Source: Octopus bimaculoides
Taxonomy: Eukaryota
DNA length: 64,000 bases
Assembly (NCBI RefSeq): GCF_001194135.2
Contig: NC_068985.1
Span: 29,341,197 to 29,405,196 of the forward strand
Reading direction: 5' to 3'
The notes under the pieces were generated by a model. That model had not been told where the DNA came from, searched no databases, and saw nothing but the letters and a program-made list of their open reading frames with translations. This document shows, piece after piece, positions 1 to 12,916 of the stretch (positions are counted from its first letter, which is position 1; each line of letters opens with the position of its first letter). Made by a program: the position numbers and the translations under genes.

Positions 1-258
1 TTGAGAGGAAATACAAGCACATTCACAGAAACACACACATACACATGTATATGACAGGCTTCTTATATCTGTACAGTGTTAGTTAAAGTGTAAAATATAC
101 CAGTTTTTAGAACATCTTTATGCATATACTTTGAAAAAGAGACTGCAAAAAGAACCCATCTAATTTTCTTCAAATGATCTCCATAGTAACAAAGATCACA
201 GAACTAAACTCCATTTTATTTTTTTCTATATTATATTATATTATATTATCAGTATCAC

Positions 259-466
259 CTGACTGGCCTTCGTGCAGGTGACACGTAAAAGCACCTACTA
301 CACTCTCTGAGTGGTTGGCGTTAGGAAGGGCATCCAGCTGTAGAAACTCTGCCAAATTTAGATTGGAGCCTGGTGTTGCCATCTGGTTTCACCAGTCCTC
401 AGTCAAATCGTCCAACCCATGCTAGCATGGAAAGCGAACGTTAAACGATGATGATGATGATGATGA
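259..466 (+). repeat. RTE 3'-tail copy (young subfamily)
   Basis: gagtggttggcgttaggaagggcatccagctgtagaaac...ccatgctagcatggaaagc...(GAT)n, the same tail as the LINE at 22315-24076. Confidence 0.9.
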
Positions 467-894
467 TTATATTATACTAAGTTATGTTATATAGGCACAA
501 ACATGGCTGTGTGGTAAGAAGCTTGCTTCCCAACCACGAGGGCCAGTCAGGTGGTACTGGCAACGGCCATACTCAAAATGGTGTTTTTTACGTGCCACCT
601 GCACAGGATCCAGTCCAGCGGCACTGACAATGACCTCGCTCAAATATATATATACATACATACACACACACACCACAAATTTTCTCATTGGTTGCATAAG
701 CCATTAGGCACATACAGTCAATATGAAATTTAGTAAAATAAATTTCACTCTCCATTCAGTATTGAATGTCCCTATCAGTAAATATTCCTTTGTTATTTTT
801 AAATTAGCTTTAAAATAACCTCTGACTATCAATTTCATTCACAAAACACTGGTCAACATCAGGTTAAAGAAAACATTTGCCCAAGGTATCTAGA

Positions 895-953
<59 letters not shown>

Positions 954-1936
954 ATGCTCAAACACATGTACACATGCAAACACACACACTGTTTTTTTAT
1001 GCAAGTGATAAACAATTTTAATAAATGAATACTAAGGTTAGTAGGTGAATATTAATTTTTCTGTAATAAATAAATAAAAGGCACAGCTTGTGTTCTAGAA
1101 GATGCATTTATAAACAAGAATATGGAACATATGGCATTTTTTTTTTTTTTATGATAATCAAGCATTCCTCTCTGATTAGGTTTTAGTGAAGAGAAAGAGA
1201 GCAGGGGGAGAGTTTGTGCACATTGTTTCTGTGTATGTGTGTGTATGTGTGTACTTGCAAATGTAGTTCTGAACATCAGGATCTCAACAATCACATACAA
1301 ACATAAACTGGAAGAGCTAGAATGAATCTGAAAATGTTCACATTTAAATATGTAGTTGGAGCAGGTGTTTTGAGGCTAATATCACTCCTAAAATTAATCG
1401 TATTCTTTAGTTAAATTAGAAACTAATTTTCAAACAGCTCCACTGAAACAATATAAAATTTGCATTTTTAAAAACCCCAAAGTAATATGAAGCCACAATA
1501 TAGAGATCCACACTTTAATCACACAAATACCACACACACATGTATTTAAATATATATATATACACACATATACATATCTATGATGAGTGTTAGTATGTAT
1601 ATGTATGCATGCATATGAGTGTGTATATGTTTGCATGTGTGTGCATGCGCATGAAAATTGTCATTTCTGCTTCTGGCATGAGATCATCTAAGTAAAAAAG
1701 AAATGTCATTGTGTTTACATTCCTGGTGAACATCATGTCTGATGGGTCTGCACTCTTGAAGAAGTGGAATACAAAACCAAGATATTCTTTCCTTGTATAG
1801 CAGGTAGCTGTTGCCTACAGGAAACACATCCAGCTGTGAAAATACTGGCTCGAGTGACAGCATAGAAAAATGGACAAAAATGATTCAACAAATTAAAAAA
1901 TGCAAACAGACACACATGCTCCAAGCATATATATAT

Positions 1937-2832
1937 NNNNNNNNNNNNNNNNNNNNNNNNNNNNNNNNNNNNNNNNNNNNNNNNNNNNNNNNNNNNNNNN
2001 NNNNNNNNNNNNNNNNNNNNNNNNNNNNNNNNNNNNNNNNNNNNNNNNNNNNNNNNNNNNNNNNNNNNNNNNNNNNNNNNNNNNNNNNNNNNNNNNNNNN
2101 NNNNNNNNNNNNNNNNNNNNNNNNNNNNNNNNNNNNNNNNNNNNNNNNNNNNNNNNNNNNNNNNNNNNNNNNNNNNNNNNNNNNNNNNNNNNNNNNNNNN
2201 NNNNNNNNNNNNNNNNNNNNNNNNNNNNNNNNNNNNNNNNNNNNNNNNNNNNNNNNNNNNNNNNNNNNNNNNNNNNNNNNNNNNNNNNNNNNNNNNNNNN
2301 NNNNNNNNNNNNNNNNNNNNNNNNNNNNNNNNNNNNNNNNNNNNNNNNNNNNNNNNNNNNNNNNNNNNNNNNNNNNNNNNNNNNNNNNNNNNNNNNNNNN
2401 NNNNNNNNNNNNNNNNNNNNNNNNNNNNNNNNNNNNNNNNNNNNNNNNNNNNNNNNNNNNNNNNNNNNNNNNNNNNNNNNNNNNNNNNNNNNNNNNNNNN
2501 NNNNNNNNNNNNNNNNNNNNNNNNNNNNNNNNNNNNNNNNNNNNNNNNNNNNNNNNNNNNNNNNNNNNNNNNNNNNNNNNNNNNNNNNNNNNNNNNNNNN
2601 NNNNNNNNNNNNNNNNNNNNNNNNNNNNNNNNNNNNNNNNNNNNNNNNNNNNNNNNNNNNNNNNNNNNNNNNNNNNNNNNNNNNNNNNNNNNNNNNNNNN
2701 NNNNNNNNNNNNNNNNNNNNNNNNNNNNNNNNNNNNNNNNNNNNNNNNNNNNNNNNNNNNNNNNNNNNNNNNNNNNNNNNNNNNNNNNNNNNNNNNNNNN
2801 NNNNNNNNNNNNNNNNNNNNNNNNNNNNNNNN
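1937..2832. other. Assembly gap (N run)
   Basis: Other gaps lie at approximately 3993-4062, 12917-13018, 31587-31606, 32937-32949, 43254-43356 and 47689-48139. Most abut microsatellites or homopolymers. Confidence 0.99.
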
Positions 2833-2901
2833 ATTAAACAAAATGAGACAACAAAGCCAAGGCAGTGTGAAATTTTTAGGACATTTATAAAGAGAAAGGT
2901 A

Positions 2902-2949
2902 GTCTTACAGCTGTTTCAGGGATATTAGGTATATCCCTTCATCAGAGAC
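2902..2949 (-). ncRNA. Type I minimal hammerhead ribozyme, Penelope-associated
   Basis: Minus strand reads GTCT-CTGATGA-AGGGATAT-ACCTA-ATATCCCT-GAAAC-AGCT-GTA-AGAC. All core nucleotides are present, with 8-bp stem II, palindromic stem III (ACAGCTGT), a GUA cleavage triplet and 4-bp stem I. Confidence 0.85.
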
Positions 2950-3922
2950 GATATGAGAGAGTTAAATAGAAGAAAATAGTAGAGTTCAATATAAGAAGTT
3001 ATTGTGGAAAAGGAGGGGTACAAGAAATATAAAGGGAAATAAGACAAAAAAATAAAAATATATGTAGGTTGTTACAGTTGCAGTTGTATTATCCAAGGAA
3101 AGTGCTGTGTAGAATGGGTAGAAAGGCTTCTTGTCCATTGTATTTAAATTCTTAAAGGAGTTCATATTTTAATGTTAGAAATGGATAGTGTGGAGACATT
3201 AATTCCATGTGCTGTTCATTCAAAGGGGTCTTGTGGTATGAATGAAATTGTGGTAGGGGTAAATAGATAGAAAGAAGAGAATAGATATGTTAGAAGGAGG
3301 AGAATGACATTAGTCAAAAGGAATAGGGGAGGAAAGAGGAAGAGAAAATGAAAAAAGGAGTGCTAGATGGTGGTCAAGATATTGTAAAGAGGATGAGATA
3401 GGAGAGCTATCAGTAGATAAAAAAGAATAGGGGGAGGGATAGAAATGGAATCATGTTATGACTTCACTTGTACAGGACCATAGGTTGACGTTCAATTTCT
3501 CCTTGACGATTGGTATTATTTTAACCAGAATGTTCTTGCTTATTCTTTCCAGGTCAGATTTGGTAGGGCATATGAGGCATACAGGTGGTTTTGTTATGAA
3601 GTCATACTTATGATTCTTAAGGTTGAAGTGTGGAGATGTAGAGCAGTAGGTTCTATTATATATATATATATATATATATTATTTTGTTTAAAAGAGTTCC
3701 AACACTGTCTGTTTTTTATGTTTTATTTATATTCCTGCAGAACCAATGTGGGATATAGAATATGGAATATACAATATATAACATAATATACAATATATAA
3801 TATAAAATAAAATAAAATAAAATAAAATAAAATAAAAATGGATGGCACCATGAAATAAAGTATTGAATGTAGATGAAATATTGAGTGTTCAATATAAAGG
3901 ATCAAATATATAAATATATAAA

Positions 3923-3962
3923 GGTGACTCGAGTTTCAGGGTTATTTCCCTTCGTCATGGCC
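3923..3962 (-). ncRNA. Degenerate hammerhead ribozyme motif
   Basis: Minus strand reads GGCC-ATGACGA-AGGG-AAATAA-CCCT-GAAAC-TCGA-GTC-ACC. Stem II, GAAA, palindromic stem III (ACTCGAGT) and GUC are intact. C3 is altered (or one base is inserted) and stem I is poor. Confidence 0.55.
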
Positions 3963-6077
3963 GGTATGACAGACTTTAACAGACTATATATANNNNNNNN
4001 NNNNNNNNNNNNNNNNNNNNNNNNNNNNNNNNNNNNNNNNNNNNNNNNNNNNNNNNNNNNNNGGCATATGAGGCATACAGGTGGTTTTGTTATGAAGTCA
4101 TACTTATGATTCTTAAGGTTGAAGTGTGGAGATGTAGAGCAGTAGGTTCTATTATATATATATATATATATATATTATCTTTTACTTGTTTCAGTCATTA
4201 GACTGCAGCCATGCTGGAGGGAACCACCTTGAGGAATTTTAGTAGACCTAATTGACTTTAGAACTTATTTTCAAGTCTGATACCTATTCTATCAGTCACT
4301 TTTGCTGAACTGTTAAGTTACATATAGTGTGTGTGTGTGTGTGTGTGTAATGTATGTATGGTTGTTTGATAAAAGATAAACTATGACACATAATTAGATT
4401 GATATTAATAAAATAGAACAAAATCTGATCCTTTGATTAAGATTTATTAGCAAGTACAAAATAGATATTTTGCCTTAGAAATCAAATATGCTTTAGTTTT
4501 GAGTTGGACTTGAATTCCTACAGAGCCAAAAGACCTCTCTCAATGTGGAGTTTCACTTGTAAACAATCTTGATCTGCCAGACTTCTGATCAAAGGCATTC
4601 AACAAGTAATCAGTTGTTGTTGGGTTTTTTGGAGGGGAGGGGGGGCCTTAGGTTATGCAGGACTACATTATCCAATCTGTCTTTCGTTCTCCAAGTAGGT
4701 CGTGAAATGAGTGTGATCTGACTGCTTTTTCTAGTACACTGAGCAACTGCATAGAAGGCTCCTCGCTGGTTCATTGATGGCTTAGCTGTTGTACTTAATA
4801 CATTTATTTAGCTTCAAAACACCCTTTACTAAAAAGTACCAACATCACTTTCAAAACCATTCATTCTATGTTAGAAAGAGAAATTAAATGGCTCTAAGTG
4901 TTGTTGTAATTTAGTTCCAGGTCAGCCTTAATCAAAGTAGACCAATAATCAAAGACGTTCCAGCAAAAATCATCTTATTGTTTTAGGAGTATCTTGGAAT
5001 ACATCATTCAGTGTATTCCAAGATAACTCTTTTTCTGAGTTAGTATAATGTGATTTGTAGGTGATTTGGCTTCTATTTCTAGCAGGTCAAGTAGCTTCAA
5101 AGAGGCTTCTATAGGAGTATGTGCTGTATTTACGAATAATCTAAAAATAGAGATAAAATATGAAACATCACCAGGATTTTACACTATAACCCTACAACAT
5201 GTGGTGCATGTAACTTGGTTCTAGAATGATGATAGTAAAAAATTCAAATAAGTACAAACTTTCTGAGCCATATAGAAATTTGGTACTCTTGAATATAAGG
5301 ATATAAAATTAAAAAAATTTAAACCTTGAAAGATGAAGCCAATTTGAGTATTAAGAAAGCTGTAGTATAGATTCAAACAAATATTTTAGAAATGAGTAAA
5401 AAAAATATTTTTCTCCTTAACCTTTGATTAATCTATTCAGTTTTGTTATCATTCTAGACATGATTATATAAATATTCTGACCAAATCCTTATCTCCAAGA
5501 AGGAAAGAAAGAAGACCTATTATACACTCACGCTACTTCTTTGTCAGAATAAATAAGGTAACAGAAGCAATGATTTGAGACTATGTAGGTCAGAATAAAC
5601 AAAAAACTAATGCATATCCCAATTAAATACATTCTTTCTCTCTAGTAATAACAGACAAATTTTCCTTAATAAAAGTTACCTTAATAAAAATTTCCCTTAC
5701 TTAATAAAAGTAAGAAGGACATGTAGATAATATAGTCATATACTAGAAAACAAGCATGGTATGCTTATAGGCATACTGTTTCAACAGCCCCAAATGTTCA
5801 AAGACCTGATCATCTACTGTCAGTTTGAAAATCCATTTTGGATGAATACAGAAGGGTGTAGCCATCATTGTTAATTATATCCTAGGTTTTCATCTGAAGG
5901 CTCATATTAGAAAAGCTATTAAAGCTGTTGCAGGCATACGTCTGTACTAAGAAAGTGGTGATGCTCGAAACTGAGTGGACAACCACCATACATGTAGGAG
6001 TGTGTTTGTGTGAACATATAAAATACATACACAATGACTATATACACACACACACACACACACAACATGATGATGAT

Positions 6078-6110
<33 letters not shown>

Positions 6111-6362
6111 GCATATGTACAGCCAGTAGACAAGAAAGTGTTCTACTTGTGAGTCCAATGTAACAGTCTGAGTCAATATTTACACTGAAATTTAAATATT
6201 ACATTGGTTGTATGATGTATGCCAGTAAAGTGGTGTAGTTATTATTGTACTTAGTATTATTACTGATAATAATATACAGAACAAATGTCATCTGTTCCCT
6301 AAACAAACCATTGTGGCACTTGCATATTGAGTAGTGGGTGTTCATAATGCATTTGAATGCAT

Positions 6363-6402
<40 letters not shown>

Positions 6403-6423
6403 TTATGGAGAAGTGCTATAGAG

Positions 6424-6715
6424 CAGTGGTTCCCAAAGTGGGCAGCATTGCCCCCCTGGGGGCGGTGGAAAGATCGGGGAGGGGGGCGTTGATGAAAAAT
6501 GGAGTGATGATGGGGTGACCAAAGCAGGGCAATGGATGTAAAAAAAAATAACAAAATAATGGGTTAATTAAGTTTAAGTTTTACTTGTGAAATACTGTTG
6601 CTTCAAATTGGCTGCAGTAAATAGTCTATGCCTGTGGTTGAGATGGGGGGGGGGCACTAGGAATGTGGCCTTAGAACCAAGGGGGCAGCAGCCTGAAAAA
6701 GTTTGGGAACCACTG
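6424..6715. mobile_element. hAT-superfamily MITE (292 bp)
   Basis: Perfect 14-bp TIRs CAGTGGTTCCCAAA / TTTGGGAACCACTG. 8-bp TSD ctatagag (6416-6423) vs ctgtagag (6716-6723). Confidence 0.9.
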
Positions 6716-6744
6716 CTGTAGAGCACTACACCCTAAAACAGTCA

Positions 6745-7000
6745 GAAGAATTTCTTGAACTTCTATAAGAAACAGATAAAGTTGGAAATATTTCGACTGT
6801 GGTTATTGAAAGTCTCTTTGCAAATGCCCCAGACAATGAACATAAAAACCTGGCACAAAAATCATTCAGTTTACCAAGGAAAATACTTAGTTTTTGTTGA
6901 GATGTACAACTGAAATTTTCATTGTGTACAAAGCAATCTATAACCTAGAAAGATAGGATGGACATAAGTTCACTTCTCAAGTCCACATTTACAGCAGTCT
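6745..7000 (+). mobile_element. Highly decayed Penelope-like RT fragment
   Basis: EEFLELL*ETDKVGNISTVVIESLFANAP resembles the PLE RT motif DVESLFTNVP. Downstream sequence is only weakly similar. Confidence 0.4.
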
Positions 7001-10000
7001 ACATATCTAATGTAGAGACAAAAAACAAAAAACAAAAAAATCATTATTCTTCAGCACAACCATATTATCTGTGCTGATGACCAGGAAAAGAACACATACA
7101 ACACGTTTGTATTGGCTCTATTTTGCCTTAGCTGACACTTGTAACCCAGTATGACTTGGTAGTAAGAGAAAAGTTGCTTTTTGATTGTTTTATCATTTCT
7201 TTACAAGTATAATGAAAATTTATATCCTAATATAAAATCTATAACATAATTCTTTCCCACATACTTATAGACTTCTATGAGGATACCGTCAACACCAAGA
7301 GCTTCCCTGATTTTCGACTTATGAATGGCAGTTATTAGCTCTTCCATATTCAGCAAAATATCCAAATTAGGATCTTCCAGAATTTGTGGAATACATTCCA
7401 GAATCTCATGAGAAATTGCTAAGGGTCACTTGAGAAGCTCACTGAAATGTTTACACAAATGCTTCATGATCTCACTTGTTTCAGTGCAAAAATGTAAACC
7501 AGCCTTATTCTTCACTGGTGTGTTAACACTTTTCTAAAGAATGAACAACTCTCTCAGACTAGTGTAGAAGACCATTACATTGTGAGAATCAACAAGGGCC
7601 TGAATTTTTGCCCATTTTCTTGTCTGATCAATCTTTCAGATGATGCCATTCCTTTTATTGCAAAGCATTGACAACTTTAGTTTGCTGTATAACTTGCCCT
7701 TTTAGAACTCCTTGATAGTACTTTTGTCTTTCAGAAAATAGCAAATCAATCTTTACATCATTTCATCAGACGAATCAGTATGTTTGCTTTTGGGGAGGCC
7801 AACTGAGGTGGTGGCTGCTTTGTTTGACTGTTTCATACAACTGTGCTCAGTATGCATCAGCTGGTAAAATATCAATTGGTGCAGAATCAGGCTGCACTTA
7901 TAATTAGTTGGTCATATTTGCTCTAAGTGCACTTGGCACTACAGGGTTTTTAAAACTGCTGACAATCAGTCATTTTGGCACAATTCTGCTGACTTTCTTG
8001 CACTCACATCTTCCAGAAACTTGTATGTGATACATAACAGATGATCAGTAAAGCAGTCAATACAACTTCATGGCATATGTCCAATTTGTATTCACAATAG
8101 TCTCTTCAGATAAGTATATGGTCCAACAAATGTTATCCATTCAACTGAGAATGACACCAGCTGTAAAAAACCACTTTTCAAGAAGTTGGAAAGTGTTTGT
8201 TATGGTCAGATCATATTTGGCACATAGTTCAAGCAGGAGTCTCCTACTGGAGTTGAGGTATCTTTTTCCAGAATGACCCAGTGCTCAGTCCCATGTCTGG
8301 TAAATCCTACCCCACTCATCATCAACATCATTGTCATTTAATGTCTGTTCTCCATGCTGGCATGGGTCAGACAGTATGGCAGGAGCTGGCAAGCCAGAGG
8401 GCTACACCAAGCACCAGTTGTCTGACTTGGTATGGTTTCTATGGCTGGATGTCCTTTCTAATGACAACCACTTTATAGAGTGTACTGGGTGCTTTTACGA
8501 GAAGCTGGCATGGGTGCTCCTTACATAGCACTGACACAAGTGCTCTTTGTGTGATGCCAGTATGGGTACTTTTTACGTGACACTGGCACCCAGTGAAATC
8601 ACTAAAGGCAAGTGTCTACATAAAGTATCATTAAACTCCTTCTCCTTATTCTGCTCATTTGTCACTATAGGAGCATAACACTAAAAACAGTTACATTTTA
8701 ATTTCCAGTTGGATCGAGTCCCACCTTCATTAACCTATTAAATGCAATAACAGAAAGCAATCCTTATTTACTAGTAACATAACAGTATACACTCAAAATG
8801 GAAACTAATACAGATAGTGAATGTCAACTTAGATATAAAATAGAGCCAGCCATCACCAGCGAACAAGTATTGCTTGGTAATATGTACCATGCTTTCACTA
8901 ATTGTTTTAGGCACCTATGTAATTATGAACAGTCACAGACATCCTCTCAGCTCAATCTTTGACCCAGCATCACATCCAGAATGTGACAGGTGGAAGGAGA
9001 CAGAGACAGGTGCACCAACAATCAGCGGGTATTCATTTCCAGCTGAGTAGACTAAAGTAACATGAAGCAAACTACCTTGTCCATGGATACAATGTACCAC
9101 CTGGTAAAATACTTACTCATAACATTATGATTGTGAGTCAAACATCCTAATGACTAACTCACATGCCCTCACAGATATAAAATACCTGCAGGCAATTTCA
9201 ACAACTAAAGAAGCTCTAAATGAGGAAAACAAACCTTAGTTAATTACAGGTACCCCAACAGATAGGTCACACCATACAACACTAAAACTAATTCATTTAC
9301 ATTGATATAACAGATGTAGCATCCTACAAAAGTATTCAAACTATGCATATTGTATACTACAAGAATAAATGCACTCTGGTTATGGAGACAGATACAGGTA
9401 TCACACCTAACCACAAACTCATTGTTAGAATATATTACAAAAACACAAAAATGAACACCTCTACCTCAACACAAAATTTCAAGCCAACAAATCACAGGAA
9501 TATGTTCAAATAACTGACATAATCTGTAAATTCTAATGCAAACAAAGTTGTAAACTTCATGACCCAAACGGCTACATTGGTTATAGAAGTATAATACTTC
9601 CTATCAATTCCAACAAGGAGCCATTACAACACATTACAATACAGAACATGCAACAAAAATCAATAGAAAAAGAATTGTCAACAATACTAGACAGATACCC
9701 TCTCAATTCTCCCACCCTGTGACCCATGTAAACCGTCATTACTATCACTGTTACTATCCTACGGCTCTCTTTCACTCTCCTCTGTATCCCTTTACCTTCC
9801 TCAACTGCATTATTGGTCAACCATTACTCCCTACATCCACCCTTCAACCCTACCTAATCTTTACAGTTGTTGCCAAACTTCTGTCTTCTTTTCTTTTGCT
9901 CTCCCATACACTCTTGCATATCCTCATCCACTCACACTCGGAGTTCTTCTGTCACAATTCACTCCCACTCACCTCATACCTTGAGGAGCCAGCTGGACTT

Positions 10001-11189
10001 GCAAATGCCTACTGATGATTCTTCTCACACTCTCTTCTAAATGTGAGTAATTATGCAGCTCCTCTACAAGAACCTACTTGCCCCTCCTGCCCTCCCCTTT
10101 TAAAAATATTTTAGCCCCTCATCTCTTTGCATAAAGCCATCCAACCCCCGCCCAAGGTTTTGTAGTCTGTGAGCTGCAAGGCAATACCAATGGTCTCGGT
10201 AACATGAAAAAGCAAAAAAAAAAAAGCACCTGGTACATGTTATAGAGTGGTAGGCATTAGGAAAGATATCCAACCATAAAAACAATGCCAAAGCAGGCAC
10301 TGGCTCACAATGCAATGCTTGGATTTATCAGATCCTGTCAAACAATCCTACCCATACCAGTATAGAACTGTTAAATGATGATGATGATGATACAGTCTGC
10401 TTGTTGATTGGTGCCAGCTGCAAATACCGTAAACAACTCTCACCATTTGGCAAAGAGCACCATTTTTAACTTCTTGCCTGTAGCTAAATACACAAACACA
10501 CACATATTTATTCCAGTAACTCCCACCTATGCTTCTATATGAAGAGCCATGTAGTTCTTCTACAGCAAGAAATCTGTTCTGTCCTAGCTCCTTCTTTCAT
10601 ACTTTAACCACTCATCTCCTAGCAACCCCGTCTCTGTTTTAGCCCCGTTTAAGTTGAAGGTGATCTTAGTTTTGCAAGTTGCATATTGACATCAACAGTA
10701 CTGGTACTTTAGAAATAATAAAAAGCAACCAGTACACTTTACAAAATGGTTGGTGTGAAGACGGACACCCAGCCATAAAAACTATGCAAAAGCAGACACT
10801 AGAACATGATACTGACCTCAGACCCATTGGATCCTATCTAACTGCCCATGAAAGATGAACATTAAAAGACGATGATGATAATACACACACGCACGCATGC
10901 ATGCACACACATACACACACGCGCATACACACACACACAATGAGAAAAGAGTGGGTAGACAGTCACTGGTAAGAATGTTTACACTAAGAAATAATGCTAA
11001 CACCAGGATGAAGACAAAGAAAGATTTCCGATCGTTTAGCATGACAAATTCATAATATCTCTTACATTATATGCATATATATATATATATATATAATTTA
11101 TAACTGGTGTAGGCACACTTGTAAAGAATCAAATACACACACACACCAATAATCTTACAGATACACATACATTCACAAGAATGTCAAGA

Positions 11190-11244
<55 letters not shown>

Positions 11245-11902
11245 ATGTAAATATATACACACACGTGTGGGTGTGTGTGTGTATGTATACATGCACACAG
11301 GTACACATATTCAAAAAACTACATACACGCTCTTACATAAATATATAAATATACATGTATATATATATACATAGACACACACACACACACATATGTATAT
11401 ACATTTATGTACATAAATACTTCAATACATAAACACACACACTTATACACATGTATACATATGCTTCACATTGTGCACAAATGAATGTTATAACACACAA
11501 CACACACTCACACAGAAATAACCATAGAAACAAGCATTTGTGATTATAGGGATTTATGACGATATAAACATATAGATAATCATTCACACATATGCTTATT
11601 CCTAATAAAAATGCACACATATAACCAATCATTAACACATATGTACATATTGCTTACTCACATGCATATTTTCCAGTTGTGTGTTTCCATTCTTATGCTG
11701 CTTGTGCACATAGTAATAATGATATGTGCACACACATTGTTAACCACTTATACATAAAGTAACGAAATATTTCATAAATAGACACAAAAGTATTCTATGC
11801 ACATGAAAAATCACAAACACACGCACAAACAAGAATTAACATTTATGCAGACATACACATCTGTATACAAGCATGTGCATTAACAGGGTGGGAAAGGTAG
11901 TG

Positions 11903-12011
<109 letters not shown>

Positions 12012-12448
12012 GAAAGAGTAGTGAATGAAATCTATAATCACAGACACAAAACACGTGGAAAAAGAACACGGATACAAAACCCATCACAGACATAAAAAGA
12101 AATTCTACACAATCAGATTAAAAAAAAAAACATCAATAAAACCAATAATGAAGCTTACTGATACAGACAACAGAGAAGAAAGAGAAAAATGGCAAACCTT
12201 TCTGTTGTTATTATGGCCACTGTATGTAAAAACCATTCTCGATATGTATTATCCTAGAGTGTGATACACCTCCCCTTTGTTACGATAGGTGTGCATAGAG
12301 AGAACAAGAAATAGTCGTGTGTGTGTATATGTATTTATATGTACTCAGTATGTATAATATATTTATATGTATATATATATATTTAATTAGTAAGGTAGAA
12401 ATATGTATATGTATACCATTTATAGATTGTCATTAGTTATCAGCTCAC

Positions 12449-12535
12449 CTTTTCTGCACGTTCTAAAGCAGCTTCATGTTTTGTTAACAACATGCTAGTT
12501 AACACAAGCCGAGCAAGACTCAGGAGCTCATACAT
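12449..12535 (-). CDS. Candidate alternative first coding exon, MYELLSLARLVLTSMLLTKHEAALERAEK (or internal exon 12449-12559)
   Basis: Open frame in non-repetitive sequence ending in a strong phase-0 donor AAG|gtgagc. In-frame TAG at 12560-12562 upstream could be a stop or a weak acceptor. No homology recognised. Confidence 0.3.
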
Positions 12536-12878
12536 ACTCCGCCAGGAAGTTGACTGTTGCTATAGCAGTGTAATTTATCCTCAACCCAGTGAGCAAGCTG
12601 TTGTTAATGGATTGAATACACTGGAAAGCCAGCTGTAATAGTAAACTCTCTGTATTTCCAGCTTGTAACAATGAAGCAATGAACTGTACATAAATCAGCT
12701 CAGTTTTAGTGATGGAGACACATGGTGTAGGTAGGTCTATGGCACTAGGTGTACGCTTCGGTTTAAACAGTGTGTATTTTAATTAGAAATGATAGTAACA
12801 AATGGGTGAGGAGGAATGATGAAGCAGAAAGAAAGAACGAGTGAGCATAATATATAGTATGTATGTGTGTGTGTGTGT

Positions 12879-12916
<38 letters not shown>

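Larger units (their letters stand above)
2833..3992 (-). mobile_element. Internally deleted Penelope-like retroelement remnant
   Basis: ~3445-3621 (-) translates LKNHKYDFITKPPVCLICPTKSDLERISKNILVKIIPIVKEKLNVNLWSCTSEVIT*F. This resembles the LKDHK..F...P.CRLI.P.KS....ISK.IL...LN.W.....VI.WF segment of Penelope-like RTs. A possible GIY-YIG remnant lies at ~3060-3240, and there are hammerhead motifs at both ends. Confidence 0.7.

Noticed and set aside
1811-2928. Long ORFs of 318-359 aa (also 47617-48337)
   Set aside because: They consist almost entirely of X residues from N gaps.
5532-5580. Minus-strand 49-nt AG/GT-bounded segment as a possible next GRAMD1 exon
   Set aside because: It has an in-frame TAG in the required phase 0 and no resemblance to the linker or VASt domain.
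7300-8290. Possible decayed transposon coding sequence (also 62300-62900)
   Set aside because: I could not recognise any motif, so it is left unassigned.
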